Part shown: positions 39,101 to 52,499 of the stretch, piece after piece
Numbering within the stretch: the first letter of the stretch is position 1
Layout of the letters: every line of letters starts with the position of its first letter
Origin: the human T2T-CHM13v2.0 reference genome, Homo sapiens
Assembly: GCF_009914755.1 (NCBI RefSeq)
Contig: NC_060935.1
Reading direction: 5' to 3' (one strand)
DNA length: 64,000 nt
Position numbers and translations under genes: made by a program
The notes under the pieces: generated by a model
Database searches by the model: none
Seen by the model: the letters and a program-made list of their open reading frames with translations, nothing else
Told to the model about the DNA's origin: nothing

Positions 39101-42100
39101 GGCTTAAGATTTCTTCTTTCCCTCTTTTTCTTTCCTCCCATCATGCAGATCAACAGGTGAATGGGTTGGCCCCTGTGCCAGTGATGATACTGATAAGCAC
39201 AGGGTAAAGGAGCGTTCTTTCCAGCTCTGAGTTTTCTGTGCAGGTTTTGCCTTCTTTATGTCTTTTAAAGTGGTGAGAAGTGTCAGATGGAGAGAAAGAG
39301 CATGGGCTGAATTAAATGATTTGACAGAAGCTGAGTTTTAGCCCCGCCACAAAACCCTCTACCCTATGTTAGCATAGAAGTGGAGGAGGCAGGCATCATG
39401 ATGACCACATGATAATTACAATGTGCAGGATGCACCATGTGTCTGCATCATGGCAAGCACCTTGCACACACTATCTTGTTTAATCCTCACAACAATCTTA
39501 TGAAGAACCTATTATTATCCCCATTTTATAAGTAAGGAAACAAATTGAAAGTGATTAAGTTGCTCAAGGGTTTACAGCTAGTCAATGGCAGGGCCGAGAT
39601 TCTGAATTAGGTGCCCTATGTCCTATTTCTACATTCAGTAAATAGTTATGGAGCAACTATTTAGCGCAGTCACTGTTCCAGACATGTGAGATATAGCAAT
39701 AATAGAGCATCCAAATATTTCTTTGTCCTTACGGAAAATTCTGGTGGGCGTGGGGGATGCTGGTAAGAGCGGCCTGGGATTTCTTGGACCTAGCGCATGC
39801 CCTAACGGCAGTGAGTCACTTACATAGATGTGTGTAACATGCCCCAGAGACCTCAGTGCATGCCTGGAAGGCATGGCCTTCCACTTCCCAGAAGCTGAAA
39901 GGTTTTGGGTGCTTTGTAACGCAGGTGGAAAATCTGTAAAAAACTGATTTTCTTTCTCCTTCTTCATCCTTAGTTTATGAACATCCTCAATCCCTATCCT
40001 ACTGGAGCCCCTTTCCTTGGGTTACTTCACAGATTATCTGGTTTATAATACTGATTCTAGAAAAGTCGAGAACTAGCACATCCAAAATAGGGTGGTCTCT
40101 GAAAATAATCAGCGAGTAAAATCCCACCATGTCTATTGTCTCAACACTTTGGTTCTGAGGTCTGCATGCTATCTCTGACTCTCTGTAGCGTTGAATTGAA
40201 CTCAACAACTTTCCCTCCAAAACCAGCTCTTCCTCTTGACATCCCTCTGACACCATTTTACCACTTTCCCATGGTCCAAACCCAGGATTCTTTGACTCAT
40301 TCTGTCATTTAGAATCTTATTTGGGCACCTAATAGGTACAGGCACATAGACCCTGTAGCCCAACAGCTGAAATTTGAGTGTACCCATGCACCACTCAAGG
40401 TGGCCATTCACATGCAGATTCCCATGCCCAGGCCCTGGAGATGCTGGCCTGTAGGTCTCAAGGGCACTGCTGATTCAATTCATACCCCAGGAGATTCTGA
40501 CGGAGGCGATCCTCAAACCTCACTTGGAAAGCATTCAGCTACTCATGATCAAGTCTTACCCATTTTTTTCTCTGTAAGGTCTCTCCAGTTTGTCACCTTC
40601 TTTTCATTTTCTATGCCAACACCTCTCCACTCACCTGGAACTAATGGACAGAGTGGCTCTGGTCTTGCCCCTCTTTTCTTAACAAACTTCACTGGCTCTT
40701 CATTGATTACAAATTAAATCTATCATAGTCTGACATTTCAGACCTTCCATACCCTCTCTGGCTCTAACATATCTTTCCAGGATTGTCTTCTTCTATGCCT
40801 TATATTTCCCTCCAATCTGCCAAACAGAGGCTACCTCTATCCTCATGCATTCCTTTAGAGTTCTCTGACACCCTTCACCCCCCCAGCTAGCCTTGAGGTC
40901 CCTTCTTCTGAAACACTGTCCTTTGCCATTTTTACCTCTCAAAATTCTTTTTGTTATACGAGTCCATGCCATTTGTTATTCATTTCTTAAAACATTCTCC
41001 ACACCTTGAAATGCTTTCCAAACCATCATTACTTCATTTATTGAATCAATATTTTGGAGTGCCTAGGACATGCAGGCATAGAGAATACAGCCATGAGCAC
41101 ATACCTTGATGCCCACTCTCATGGTACTCACTCTCTAGTGAAGGGGACAGATATTCATCAAATTAGCCACACAAATACATATGTAACTGCACATTGAGAT
41201 GAATGCTATTAAAATTTTTTTAAAAGGAACAAGAATTTCACCTGGCCAGGACTGCCCAGGGGGCCTCCTTGAAGAAATAAGCTCTTCCTGTGGGAAGAGC
41301 TATGGAAAAGATGCCAGAGTTTTGGGGAGGAACCAGCATTGTGAAGAGGCCCAGAATCAGAGAAGCCTGGCAATGAGGAGAGATTGAAGGCCAGTGTAGC
41401 TGAAATGTGGGCAGTTAGGCTATGAGGGGGCCATGTATGTTGGTGGGTAGGGGGGATTTAGATTTCAACCTAATGGGAAGTCATGGAAGGGATTTACGCA
41501 GGGAAGGGACATGGTCAATTTTCCTGCCAACATGCATTTTGTTGGCATTCTCCTTGTGATACGTTCTGCCTCATAAATAGTCATTCACACACTTGTCTTC
41601 TAACCCTGTTTCAGACTGAAAGCTAATTGAGGAATGCTTGAATCTGCATTCCCCATAGCAGTTAATGAGTGCTCAGGGATATGTGATAAATGATTAAATA
41701 TTAAAGTAGCCAGAAGTCTTCAATCAGTCACAGCAGTTTCTGGAGCCCTTGCAACTGCCAGACACTGCATTAGGCACTAAGAATGCAAAGAGCTCCACAG
41801 TGGCATTCCTGCACCCACTTAAGGCAGGATGGTATGAAAAATGTTGCTGAAACATTGGTGCACATCAGCATAGTCAAGCTACACAGCTCAGGCTTCCTGA
41901 GGGTGGGGCCTGGGCTGGGAGAACATTTTAAGAAATGGATGGAAAATGGCTTGAGACCTGAATGGTAAGGAGAATTTCAATAGGTAAAAATGGCAAAAGA
42001 GGCCATTTCAGTAGAAGGGACCTAGCGAATTGTGGGGAAGGGAGTCAGGGAACTCTGGGGGAATGCATGAGGATAAAAGGGGCCTCTGTCAGGCAGGAAT

Positions 42101-42431
42101 AGAAGAAAACACAGAGACTGAGGAAGACAAACCTAGAAAGGTATATTATAGATCCATGGCATAGTTTCCAGAAGTTCTGGGACAACTCTCAGGCATCTCC
42201 AGGATTGATAACAGTATTGTGTTTAAAAAAAAAAAAAAAGTCTTTTAGGCAAATCTGTGAGGGGGTTAATTGCACAGTCCCTGCCACCCTGGAGAGAATA
42301 TAAAATAGTGCCATTTAAACTCTCTAAACTTAATTTCCTCATTTGTGAAAGGTATTTCTAGGATTGCTATGAAATTTACGTGGGATATGTGAGGTGCTTT
42401 GTAAGTAATAAAGATTGTGCAAATACCAATT

Positions 42432-43029
42432 TGAGAGCAGCAGAAGGCAGCCAAATGACTAGGCAGATAGGGGCAGGTCCCCAGTGAAACCTCACTTTCA
42501 AGCCAAAAACAGCCTGAAGGCTGAAAGACTGGACTGCTGGTCCAAGATAAAACCCGCAACCCAGAGTGAGAACTTCTGTTCCTGTTTTTGTACCCTTTCC
42601 CAATTGATTCTTTCTGAATAATGCCTTTTAACCAATCAAATGTTGCCTTTTCCAGTACTACCTACAGCCTGCCCCTCCCCTATTCTGAGCTTATAAAAGC
42701 CCCAGACTCAGCCACATTGCAGGGACTTTCCCACTTTTCGGTAGGGGCACCACCCCTGGGTCCCCTCTCTGCTGAAAGCTGTTTCATCACTCAATAAAAC
42801 TCCCCACCTTGTTCACTCTTCGATTGTCAGCATATCCTCATTCTTCTTGGGTGTGGGACAAGAACTTAGGAACTGGTGTGCAGCCAAACTTGGCCCAGGT
42901 GGGCAGAGTGGGCGAGTCATCTCTTGCCATCTCCTGCAGCAGGTTGTGTGGCCGAGTGAGGCCCAGGCAGGGTGTTGCCAGCCAGAGGTCCCTGGCTTGA
43001 AAAGTGACCGAGAAGAAAATCCTGTGTCA
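42432..43029 (+). mobile_element. ERV1 solo LTR (MER61-like) in DTX4 intron 1, sense orientation
   Basis: TG...CA ends; CCAAT 42632-42636, TATAAAA 42692-42698, AATAAA 42793-42798. Confidence 0.8.
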
Positions 43030-44914
43030 GTTATATAGAAACTTTTTCTCTCTCTCTTTCTTACACCCCCTACCACCCTACACACATACACACACAGACA
43101 CACACACACACACACACCCTCACACACCCTGAGCTAAACCTTCTCCATGGTTTCTCCATCCTGCTTAGACATATAATAGAAAATAAATTACAAAAATAAT
43201 CACCAATTTTCATTGAGCTCTTGCCATGGTGACAGGTGCTATTTTTGAGTTTTACATTCATTTCTTCATTTAATCCTCAAATCCACCCTTTGAAGTCACT
43301 ACCCAGGACCCAAACAGATGAGGAAACTGAGGCTTAATCACACAGCTGGAAGGGACAAAACCACCCCTATTGGCCCCAAAGCCCATACTCTTTGTTCCCC
43401 AGCAAGCTGCGCACTTAGGAAGGAAATGGAGGCAAACCAGGGAACTATTGTCTCCCCCTCCCCTGCCCCCACCATCCTGATACCCCCATGTTCCCCAGCA
43501 GAGGCCATGGTGATGAATAGGGGATTGTTCTGCTTCTCCCTTGTGTCTCTGAATGTTGATGTTTTGGGTCATTAAGGAGCTTGGAGATGGGGTGGGGGGC
43601 AGGTTATGACCCTGGCAAAGGCCTGAATAGCCATTGTTTCTTTTCTTCCCCCCTTGAATGGGATTCTGTCCCCAGTCTTGGTGTATCCCTCTGGGTTGGA
43701 GGAGGGGTGGGTCAGAGGCTGGTGAAGGCAGCCTTTTCTCACCACTTTGATGGATAGAGCTTAAGCTGACAGATGCAGAGATTCCAGCATCCCAGGGGCC
43801 CTCCCCGACCTCCCCACCCTGCCCTGAGCTAGACATCTTTAGCCTTAATGTTGACACCATGAAATGAGCCCTGGTTGAGGATGAGTCAGGATTCAGGTTT
43901 TGAGTGAGGGAGAAAGAGGCAACAGTTACAGGTTCAGTTCCCTTACAGTCCTGCCAGTTCATATCTGCTGTACCATTACCCTGTAATAACCCTGACCTCT
44001 TCCCGGCCCCAAAGTGAGACTCTGAAAATTAAGACAATCCTACCTTTAGGAGGGTTTTAGCTTCTTAAAGAAAGACATCAGATAAATATAAAATTATTCT
44101 CATGACCATTGAGAATGTTACTTTTGCTACTGATATAAGATTTAATGTTGGGAAATATGAGAGAGTTCTCCCAACCTGATTTCCCTTCTTCTCATAGTAA
44201 CACACCATTTTTTTTTTGGACAGCATTTATAAATGTATAGAGATCCAGCTCCCTCACAGCCACTTCTGGGCAGCCTTCCCGCATGCAGGCAGAGTCTTCC
44301 CTCAGTCCTCTAGGCTTCCACAGCCCTGTATTCTTTTCCTCATGACTCTTGGCACAAGAGCATTTAGAGGAACAGAGGAGAAGGAATATGATCATTATGA
44401 GCACCTACTGTGTGTCAAGGGCTTTACATGCCTTAGTGCATTCATAGGGTTCACATGAAATCCAGAACCTCGCATGTACAAATACATATTTGCTGAATAA
44501 ATAAGTGAGTCATATTTAGTTTGTACAAAAACTCTAGGAAGGAGTTATCCTGTTTCCCAGGAGGGAAAGGGAGGCTGAGAGGTTCTATATTAGCTAGTAA
44601 ATGGAATGAATTTGTCTGCAAACCAAGATGTCCCGACTGCAAAGCAGGAGGCAGTCTTTCTGCTACCTTACCTTATACTGCCACCCATATCCTTCATGCT
44701 GTAACTCATCTGCTTCTACCCTGGTTGGACTATAGACATCTTAAAGGGAGAAATGAGTTTCATTCAAAGCTGGCACTTCAGGCAGTGTCATGCCCAGTAC
44801 ACAGTAGGACTTGTTTCATGTTTGCCATTATGGCAATGGCATGACTTGTTAATGTCTTGCCACTCAGTGTAATTGCATGCTGACTCTGACCTCTCCCCTA
44901 TCCCACCCTGGCAG

Positions 44915-45638
44915 GAACTCTCCGCCCAGTTCGCCGCAACTACTACGACCCCTCCTCGGCCCCTGGGAAGGGCGTGGTGTGGGAGTGGGAGAACGACAAT
45001 GGCTCCTGGACGCCCTACGACATGGAAGTGGGCATCACCATCCAGCATGCCTATGAGAAGCAGCACCCCTGGATCGACCTCACTTCCATTGGCTTTAGCT
45101 ACGTAATTGACTTCAACACCATGGGCCAGATCAACCGTCAGACCCAGCGCCAACGCCGCGTCCGCCGGCGCCTCGACCTCATCTACCCCATGGTCACAGG
45201 GACCTTGCCTAAGGCTCAGTCCTGGCCAGTCAGCCCTGGGCCAGCCACCTCGCCCCCCATGTCCCCCTGCTCCTGTCCCCAGTGTGTCTTGGTGATGAGT
45301 GTTAAGGCAGCCGTGGTCAATGGCAGCACTGGGCCCCTACAGCTGCCAGTGACCCGCAAGAACATGCCGCCTCCTGGAGTGGTCAAGCTACCCCCACTGC
45401 CAGGCTCTGGGGCCAAGCCACTGGACAGCACAGGCACCATTCGAGGCCCACTGAAGACCGCCCCATCGCAGGTGATCCGGAGACAAGCCTCCAGCATGCC
45501 CACTGGGACAACCATGGGCTCTCCTGCCAGTCCCCCAGGACCCAACAGCAAGACCGGAAGGGTGGCCCTGGCCACCTTGAATCGTACCAACCTGCAGCGA
45601 CTGGCCATTGCCCAGTCCCGGGTGCTGATCGCCTCTGG
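44915..45638 (+). CDS. DTX4: DTX4 coding exon 2 (WWE2 and proline-rich region)
   Basis: Acceptor ggcag ending 44914; TLRPVRRNYYDP..VWEWENDNGSWTPYDM; donor TGG|GTAAGT; 724 nt. Confidence 0.97.
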
Positions 45639-45896
45639 GTAAGTGCTTCCACAGCTGCCTCAGAGCATTTACTCAGGGTAGAGATAGGCTACAGCAGATC
45701 TTCTGGATCAGAAGGAGGGGCTGCCAAGACTTAAGCTTCTCATCTTGTGCTGACCCCTGGCTGCAGGTGAAGGTGGTGCACCTGGCTGCAGGTGTGGTGG
45801 ATAAGGGAGGGTTTGATGCTTGGCCTCTGATCTGGACTCTGGTTGAGACTTTGGCTCTTCCTAGCCATATGATTTAGGACCAGATCCCTAACGTCA

Positions 45897-46142
<246 letters not shown>

Positions 46143-49100
46143 TTAATAACATTAATTGAACTCCCACTATATTGTAGTTTGGGGCTTTACATCTCATTTA
46201 ATCCTTGCAACAACTCTATGAAGTAGGCAAGTAGGCATTATCCCCATTTACAGATGAAGACAGTAGATGTTCGCTTGTTCAAGGGTACATAGCTAATCAT
46301 TGGCAGAGAATGGGATTCAGACTTTAGGACATCTGACACTAGAGCCCAGATTCTGACTCTGCTGTGCTCCTCTTCTACCAAGTACCTACCACAATGCCCA
46401 GCATTCAGTAGGTGCAAAATGAGAGTTTCTTTCCCGTAGTCTCTCTGGAAGCCAGAGAGGTGACTCCAAATTGGAATACCGGCCTATTTTTAGTGATGAC
46501 TTATTATGTGCCAGGCACTTTCCATACATTGTCTCAGTTATTTCTGTGACAACCTGTTGATGCTGTAGGTCCTGTTTGTATTGGTTTTTGTGTTCTTGAT
46601 TTTCCTGATCATAAAATCGAAGTGACCCAGATCCATATGGTGGCTGCAACCTTTGCCTGCCAGCCCCTGGTTTCTTAGCATCTCACAGCCACCCAATCTT
46701 CCCTTTCTGTCTCCAGAGAGGCCTGGCTCTGCCTGTGGCCCCTGATCCCAGCTGATCCGGATGGTTTTCAATTGCATTGGGTGCCTAAGTCTGAAAGTCC
46801 AGGCTGCTCTAAGAAGGTGGTTTTGGTACTCAGCTGGGTCCCTGCACACAGAGGTTTGGCACTGGGAGGAGGAATGAAGGAGGGTACACCACAGAGTGGG
46901 AAGAGTGCCGAGTTGGAAATCCAGAGGCCCAGCCCCTACTCCTACCTCTGTCACTGGGGTGAGCCACAGAATCTTTGCAAGATCCAGTGGCCTTACCTAC
47001 TGCATGGAGTTATCGTGAAAACCTCCACTAAGGGAGTTGGCCTCTTGGCAGTGCATTCTCTTACTCTGTGATCTAAGTGTTAAGCACAGACATCCTGCTC
47101 AGAATTGATTTCCCAAGGAGAAACAGAGCTCATGTGTTATGCAATAGGGGTTGGAACCCAGGTTTTGGCCTCCTGATCCACTGTTCTTTTGGCTAAAGCC
47201 CAGCTCCTCATTGTACACAAAGGCAGTTTATAACAGGCAAAATGCTGGTGAGATGCATGAGATTTTCATGACTTCCCCTGAGATGGCAGAAGTATTTGGG
47301 AGCAGAGAATGGATGGCTAAACCTTGCTGCTGCTTAATTTCTCCCCGATTTCACACAGCACCATCCTGGGGGCCTCTAACAGAGTTCCAGGGTGATTGCT
47401 AGCATGGAGGAGGGAGGCTCCTGTGCTGGGTAAGAACCCGTCCTCCAGAAACTAGGACTGTCTGGGCTTGAACCCAAGTGCCTTGCTGTGTCAGTTGGGG
47501 CAAGATTTGCATCCTCTGTCTTCAGTTTCCTCATCTGTAAGATGGGATAGTAATAGTAACTTCCTTTTACAGTTGTCTTAAGTTCAAATGACATACTAAG
47601 TGTATAGACTTAGCACAGTGCTTGACACATAAGAGTTCAGTCAGTATAGGCTGCTGTCATTGTGATTGCTGTTATTATTGTTAACAGGTGTCCATGTAGG
47701 GGAAGTCAAAGCTGAGTAGGGTCTGACATCCCACCTTGTCTCTGGTGCCCTTGACAAATGCCAAGTGACTTCATTTCCATCACTGAGGGAGAGGCACCCA
47801 GGTGGCTTTGAATCTCGATGAGGGAGTGGAGTCAGCAGCTTTATCTATCTTCTTTATTTCCTCTGCCCGCTCATAGAATTGGGGCTAGAGAATGGGTGGA
47901 GGTCTGAGCAGTACAGTTTCAAAAGGGCTATAGAAACAAGTTGTTTTCTTTTTTTTCTCTCTACTCTGTTTTCCTGATGAGGGAGGCCCCTGCCTACTCC
48001 TCTCGATCTTCCAGCCCTTTGCTTTTCACCTCTTACCACCTCCCTCACCCCCAATCCCATCTTCTCCTCCAGCCTTTCTTGGCCATTTAATTAGCGTGTT
48101 TATTCCCTTTGTCTGGCATTGCCATCGACCTTCTGTCATTGCAGGGCCCCTTTCCCCCTCCTCTCTCTGCCCATGACCTCTTCCAGCAACTTTCCCACGG
48201 AAAAAGGAAGACCAGGGAGGGCGGGAGGAGTGGGATGAAGAGAAAGGTTTGGGGGCAGGAACAAAAGATCCTGTGAATTATTCAGAGACAGAAGCAGGGG
48301 TTTTCTAAAGGGAAGCAAGAAGGGGGCTGTGCAGTGGAGGCAAGCGTCACCCCTCTAGCCCCCTCCTCTAGAGCTGAGGATTCTCTGTCTCCAGCTAGGC
48401 CTCAGTTGCCGTAGAGACAAGATCCTTGTCCTGCTGGAGGATTCCTGGACTGGTGCATAACTCCGAGAAAAACACTGCTTCTCATCATGGTGACTGCAGA
48501 GATATACTCCCTCCCTCAAAACTCCTTTCTCTGCCACCTTGCCAGCTCTCTTCTCTTGTCTTAGTTTTATGTTTTAGCGACAGAAACAAAAGACCCTCCA
48601 TATCAGGGAACAGGCCAACTGAATGGGGGCAGGGGGTGTCTTATGATTGGCCAAGCAGTGGTTAGGACAGACAGTTTTGGCTGATGGAGTTGCCTGAAGG
48701 ATGTGAGATGCATGCCTGCCATTGGGTTGCAGTTTTCTAGGAGAGCTCAGGCTTTTGAAGCTGAGGCCCCAAAAGGGTGTGACCAGCTGGGACTTCATGG
48801 GCTGTTCTCCAAGGTTTAACCAGTAATAGTGGGGGAGGTGAGATCAACCGTCTCAAGTACTGCCCAGCACTCAACTTTATGCTGGATACCCATGACCTCG
48901 AGAATCAGAAAATTGGAATATTAGAGCAGAAAACGTCTTTATTCAGCCCAATGCCCCTTTTATACTTGGGAGGTAAAAGCATAAACAGTCACCCAAACTT
49001 GCACAGGGCTCAGCTGTTTACAGTTAGTTGACCTAGTTCCTAAATCCTCACAGGGACCCCATGGGGCAGACATTTAGGATGCCCTGTTCACGGCTGTGGT

Positions 49101-51269
49101 AACTTAGATATGGTCAACAGAACGCAGAGAGGCTGTGCGGCTCTCCCAAAGGCAAAGCAGGTCAGTGCTGAGCGGGGCTAAAACAAAGACTCCCTGACTC
49201 CAGTGCAGAGCTCCTTCCATTACACGGTTCTGGATTTCACAAGCAAATATACCCCTTCTCCCCAGACCCCTCCTTCCCAGAGCCCAGTGACAAGCCTACC
49301 CGCCATGTCATTCCTCTCCTCAAGTGGCAGGGACATGTATCTCTCCCACCTGTTGAACCCATAGTCTTCTTGTGTGTCCCAGGTCCACATGCGGGCCCTT
49401 CCCTCCCTCTCTCCACATCTTGCCCCTGAGTTCTTGAGCTGCCTGAAATGTGTGGTGTTCTGGGGATTGGATTATTTCCTGGTTGGCCAGATTGGGTGTG
49501 GAAACCTGCCAGTCCAGTTTATGGGAACAAAGGTGGCTTTTGTCACCCAGATCACAGCTACTTATCAGCTGGAGTGGGGGCTCTGAAGATGGCGAGGGAG
49601 AAGGTAGGTGCAGGTCTGGGTTCTGAGTGCTGCCCCCTGCTGGGGAGCTGGGAGCAGGACACAGGAAGCCGGGTCTTTTCCCCAAACCTCTCCAGAAAGA
49701 GCTGGGCGAGGAGAATCGGCCATAAGTGGAGGACTCAGGGCTTGGGTGGCCATTTTTTTCTCAGATATTGGTGGGAAGTTGTCAGCCAGTTTCCGTAGCG
49801 TCTTCTAACCCAAGACCCTCACAGTTTTACAGATGGGGAAATTGAGGCTCAGAAAAGTTAACTACCTTAGCGAGAAACTCCTGGCAGGGATGGGACTTGC
49901 ACCTGATTTTCCTGACTGCCCATCCACCATACCATGCCTGGCCCTGGGGAGCAGGTCACAGAGTCCAGAAACAAGTCCATTCTTCTTTTCTTGGCCCAGT
50001 GGCCCTTGTTTTGTATTCAGCTTTCTCCTCCATCCTCCCATCCTGGTTTGATTTATCCTGGGGACAGTTTCAGAAGAAAAGCGGCTTTGGGTGGCCTGGT
50101 GAGACACAAACATTCCCATTCCCACATCTGTTCTTTCACATCCATCTCCCAGCATTGGTGCACATGTCATCATCCCTGGGAAGGGACAGAGCCCCAGGCA
50201 GGCTCAAAGTAGGTTAGAGCTGGGGAAGAACCTCCCTTACAGGCATGAGGGGCAGAGACAGACCCCACTGCTTGGCATGGAGGTCCCGTTGCAGCTTTCC
50301 CCATTCCTAGTGGTGGGTTTATTCATTACGCTCTCTGAGTTTCTGGTCTATGTTTGCAGTGTGGGATGTTATAAGGATTACGTAAACACAAGAGCCTGGC
50401 ATAGTAAATGGGCTCTGGTGCCAGATTTTCTGGCTTAGCTGTGTGATCTTACCAAGTTTCCTTAACCTCTCTGTGCCTCAATGTAGTTGTCTCTAAAATG
50501 GTGTTAATGACTGCACCTCTTGCATAGGATGTTGGAAGGATCAGACAGGTTTATATGCTGTGAGCAGTTGGAGCCACTGTTGGGGGGAGGTGAGCTCTGT
50601 GCATGTTGGTAACTGTAACATGTGAGTGAAGAAGGGCCATGAGCCATGTGTTCACTGCTGACCCCCAGCATCGGGAATAGCAAACAACACAAAGTAGGGC
50701 TCAATAAACACTTTTTGGATGGATAAATCAATACATAAATATTCTTTTTTTCCTCCTCTTGCTTTCCCAGCACCATCCTGCCCCCACAGCAGAGCTGTTG
50801 GCTTTGCAGGCTGTCTGCCTCCTGGAGTCATCTGTGACCGGGTCCATTAGCCTCTCCAAGCCCAGCTGCAGGAGTGTGGGTGACAGAGAGGATGGCGCAA
50901 GACCCAGACCCATGTGTCCCATATTTTCCAAGTCAGCGCTGTGGGAGGGCCGCGCCTTTCCCAGGCAGCTGTGCCATCTCCTCTCCAGCCTGGCTGGAGT
51001 TGCTGGGGAGAAGGACAGAAAGGGGAGGAGGCTTTGCCTAATATTTATATATGTCTCAGGGAAAAGGAGAAGTGACAGCTGTTCTAGCAGTGGTTCCAAA
51101 TGTTAGGCTGGGGATTGCTACATCTGCAGCTTCTCAGGAGCTTTGGGAAATGCAGCTTCTCGTGCTCCACAGGTGGATATTCTGGTCTGGATCTGGGACC
51201 TTGTCCTTCTAAAAACATCTTAGGTGACTCTTTTGTACACCCTGGTTTGAACTTGCTTCTTTGTTTTTT

Positions 51270-51820
51270 CATCCTTCAACAAATATCAATTGAATGCCTA
51301 CTAGTGCCTGGCTCTGAACAAAACAGACAAAGATATTTTGCCCTTTGTAGAGCCTAGATTCTAGAAGGGGGCATAATAAGCAATAATTTCTTTTAAAGGA
51401 TCCTAAGTAGAGCAGGAGTCCTGGCGTGGGATGGAGGGGTGGGTAGCAATATTCAATACTATGGTCTCAGGAACCTCACCTGATAGGTAGGATTTAAGCC
51501 AGGACTGAAGGAGTTGTAGGAGGAAACTAAGCAGTTGTCTGGTGGAAGGGCATTTTGGGTACAGGGAACAGCATATGCAAAGGCTCTGAGGCAGGAGTGC
51601 ACCTGGCTCCTTGAGAGCTGAGTGATATGAGAGGAAGCAAGATGAATAAGAGAAGCTGGGTGGCAGTGTTGGCAGATCGTGCTGGGCTCTGTAGGCCTTG
51701 CTAGGACTTTAACTTTGACTCTGAGTGAACTGAGGAACATAGTTCTGAGGTTCTGAGTGGTGGCATGACATGGCCTGACTTAGGTTTTGAAGATGTCACT
51801 TCCTGCTGTCTGCTGTGTTA
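51270..51820 (-). mobile_element. L2 LINE fragment
   Basis: cagggaacagcatatgcaaaggctctgaggcagga and ggactttaactttgactctgagtg are typical L2 blocks. Confidence 0.65.
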
Positions 51821-51910
51821 AGCACTTAACTGCATTTTATTAGAATTAAATACTGGTCCATTTTGTTCCACGTGTCAAAATGACATTGTATCTGCTCTTT
51901 CCTTTCACAG

Positions 51911-51972
51911 GGTCCCCACAGTCCCAGTGAAGAACCTAAATGGGTCCAGTCCTGTCAACCCTGCCTTGGCAG
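51911..51972 (+). CDS. DTX4: DTX4 coding exon 3 (VPTVPVKNLNGSSPVNPALA)
   Basis: tttcacag acceptor and CAG|GTAAGA donor; 62 nt, frame-consistent. Confidence 0.93.
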
Positions 51973-52337
51973 GTAAGAGAAACCCCAGGATGCTCTGGGT
52001 TAAGGTAGAGAAATCAGAGTGATGAAATAGGTCATGAGCATTTGTGGAAAAAAAGGAGAGAATCTAGATATTAATGAAAGCAAATGGTGATTTTAGGAAT
52101 TGCATGGGAAGGGTATGAAGAGTTTGGAAGAGAACTGATTACTAAAAGGAAAGCATGCAATTGAAGATAAGTGAGTGAATGAATAAGTTTCTGGGGAAAG
52201 TACAGGGTAGAGAATCCAGGAATTATGAGAACTTTCTGCTGGAAAGGAGGAGAGTAGGTTAATGGGGAAAGAGGAATTTGGGGAATGTTGAGAGCTAAGT
52301 CTCCAGTCTTTCCTCACCCATGCCCTGCCCCTTCCAG

Positions 52338-52499
52338 GAATCACTGGGATCCTCATGAGTGCAGCGGGGCTGCCTGTGTGTCTCACCAGGCCACCAAAGC
52401 TGGTCCTACACCCACCCCCCGTCAGCAAGAGTGAAATAAAATCCATCCCAGGGGTTTCCAACACAAGCCGCAAGACCACCAAAAAACAAGCCAAGAAAG
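52338..52499 (+). CDS. DTX4: DTX4 coding exon 4 (ITGILMSAAGLPVCLTRPPK...KKQAKK)
   Basis: ccttccag acceptor and AAG|GTACCA donor; 162 nt. Confidence 0.93.

Noticed and set aside
43270-43962. 230-aa minus-strand ORF in DTX4 intron 1
   Set aside because: No recognisable domain, partly MIR-derived and without supporting gene structure; probably chance.
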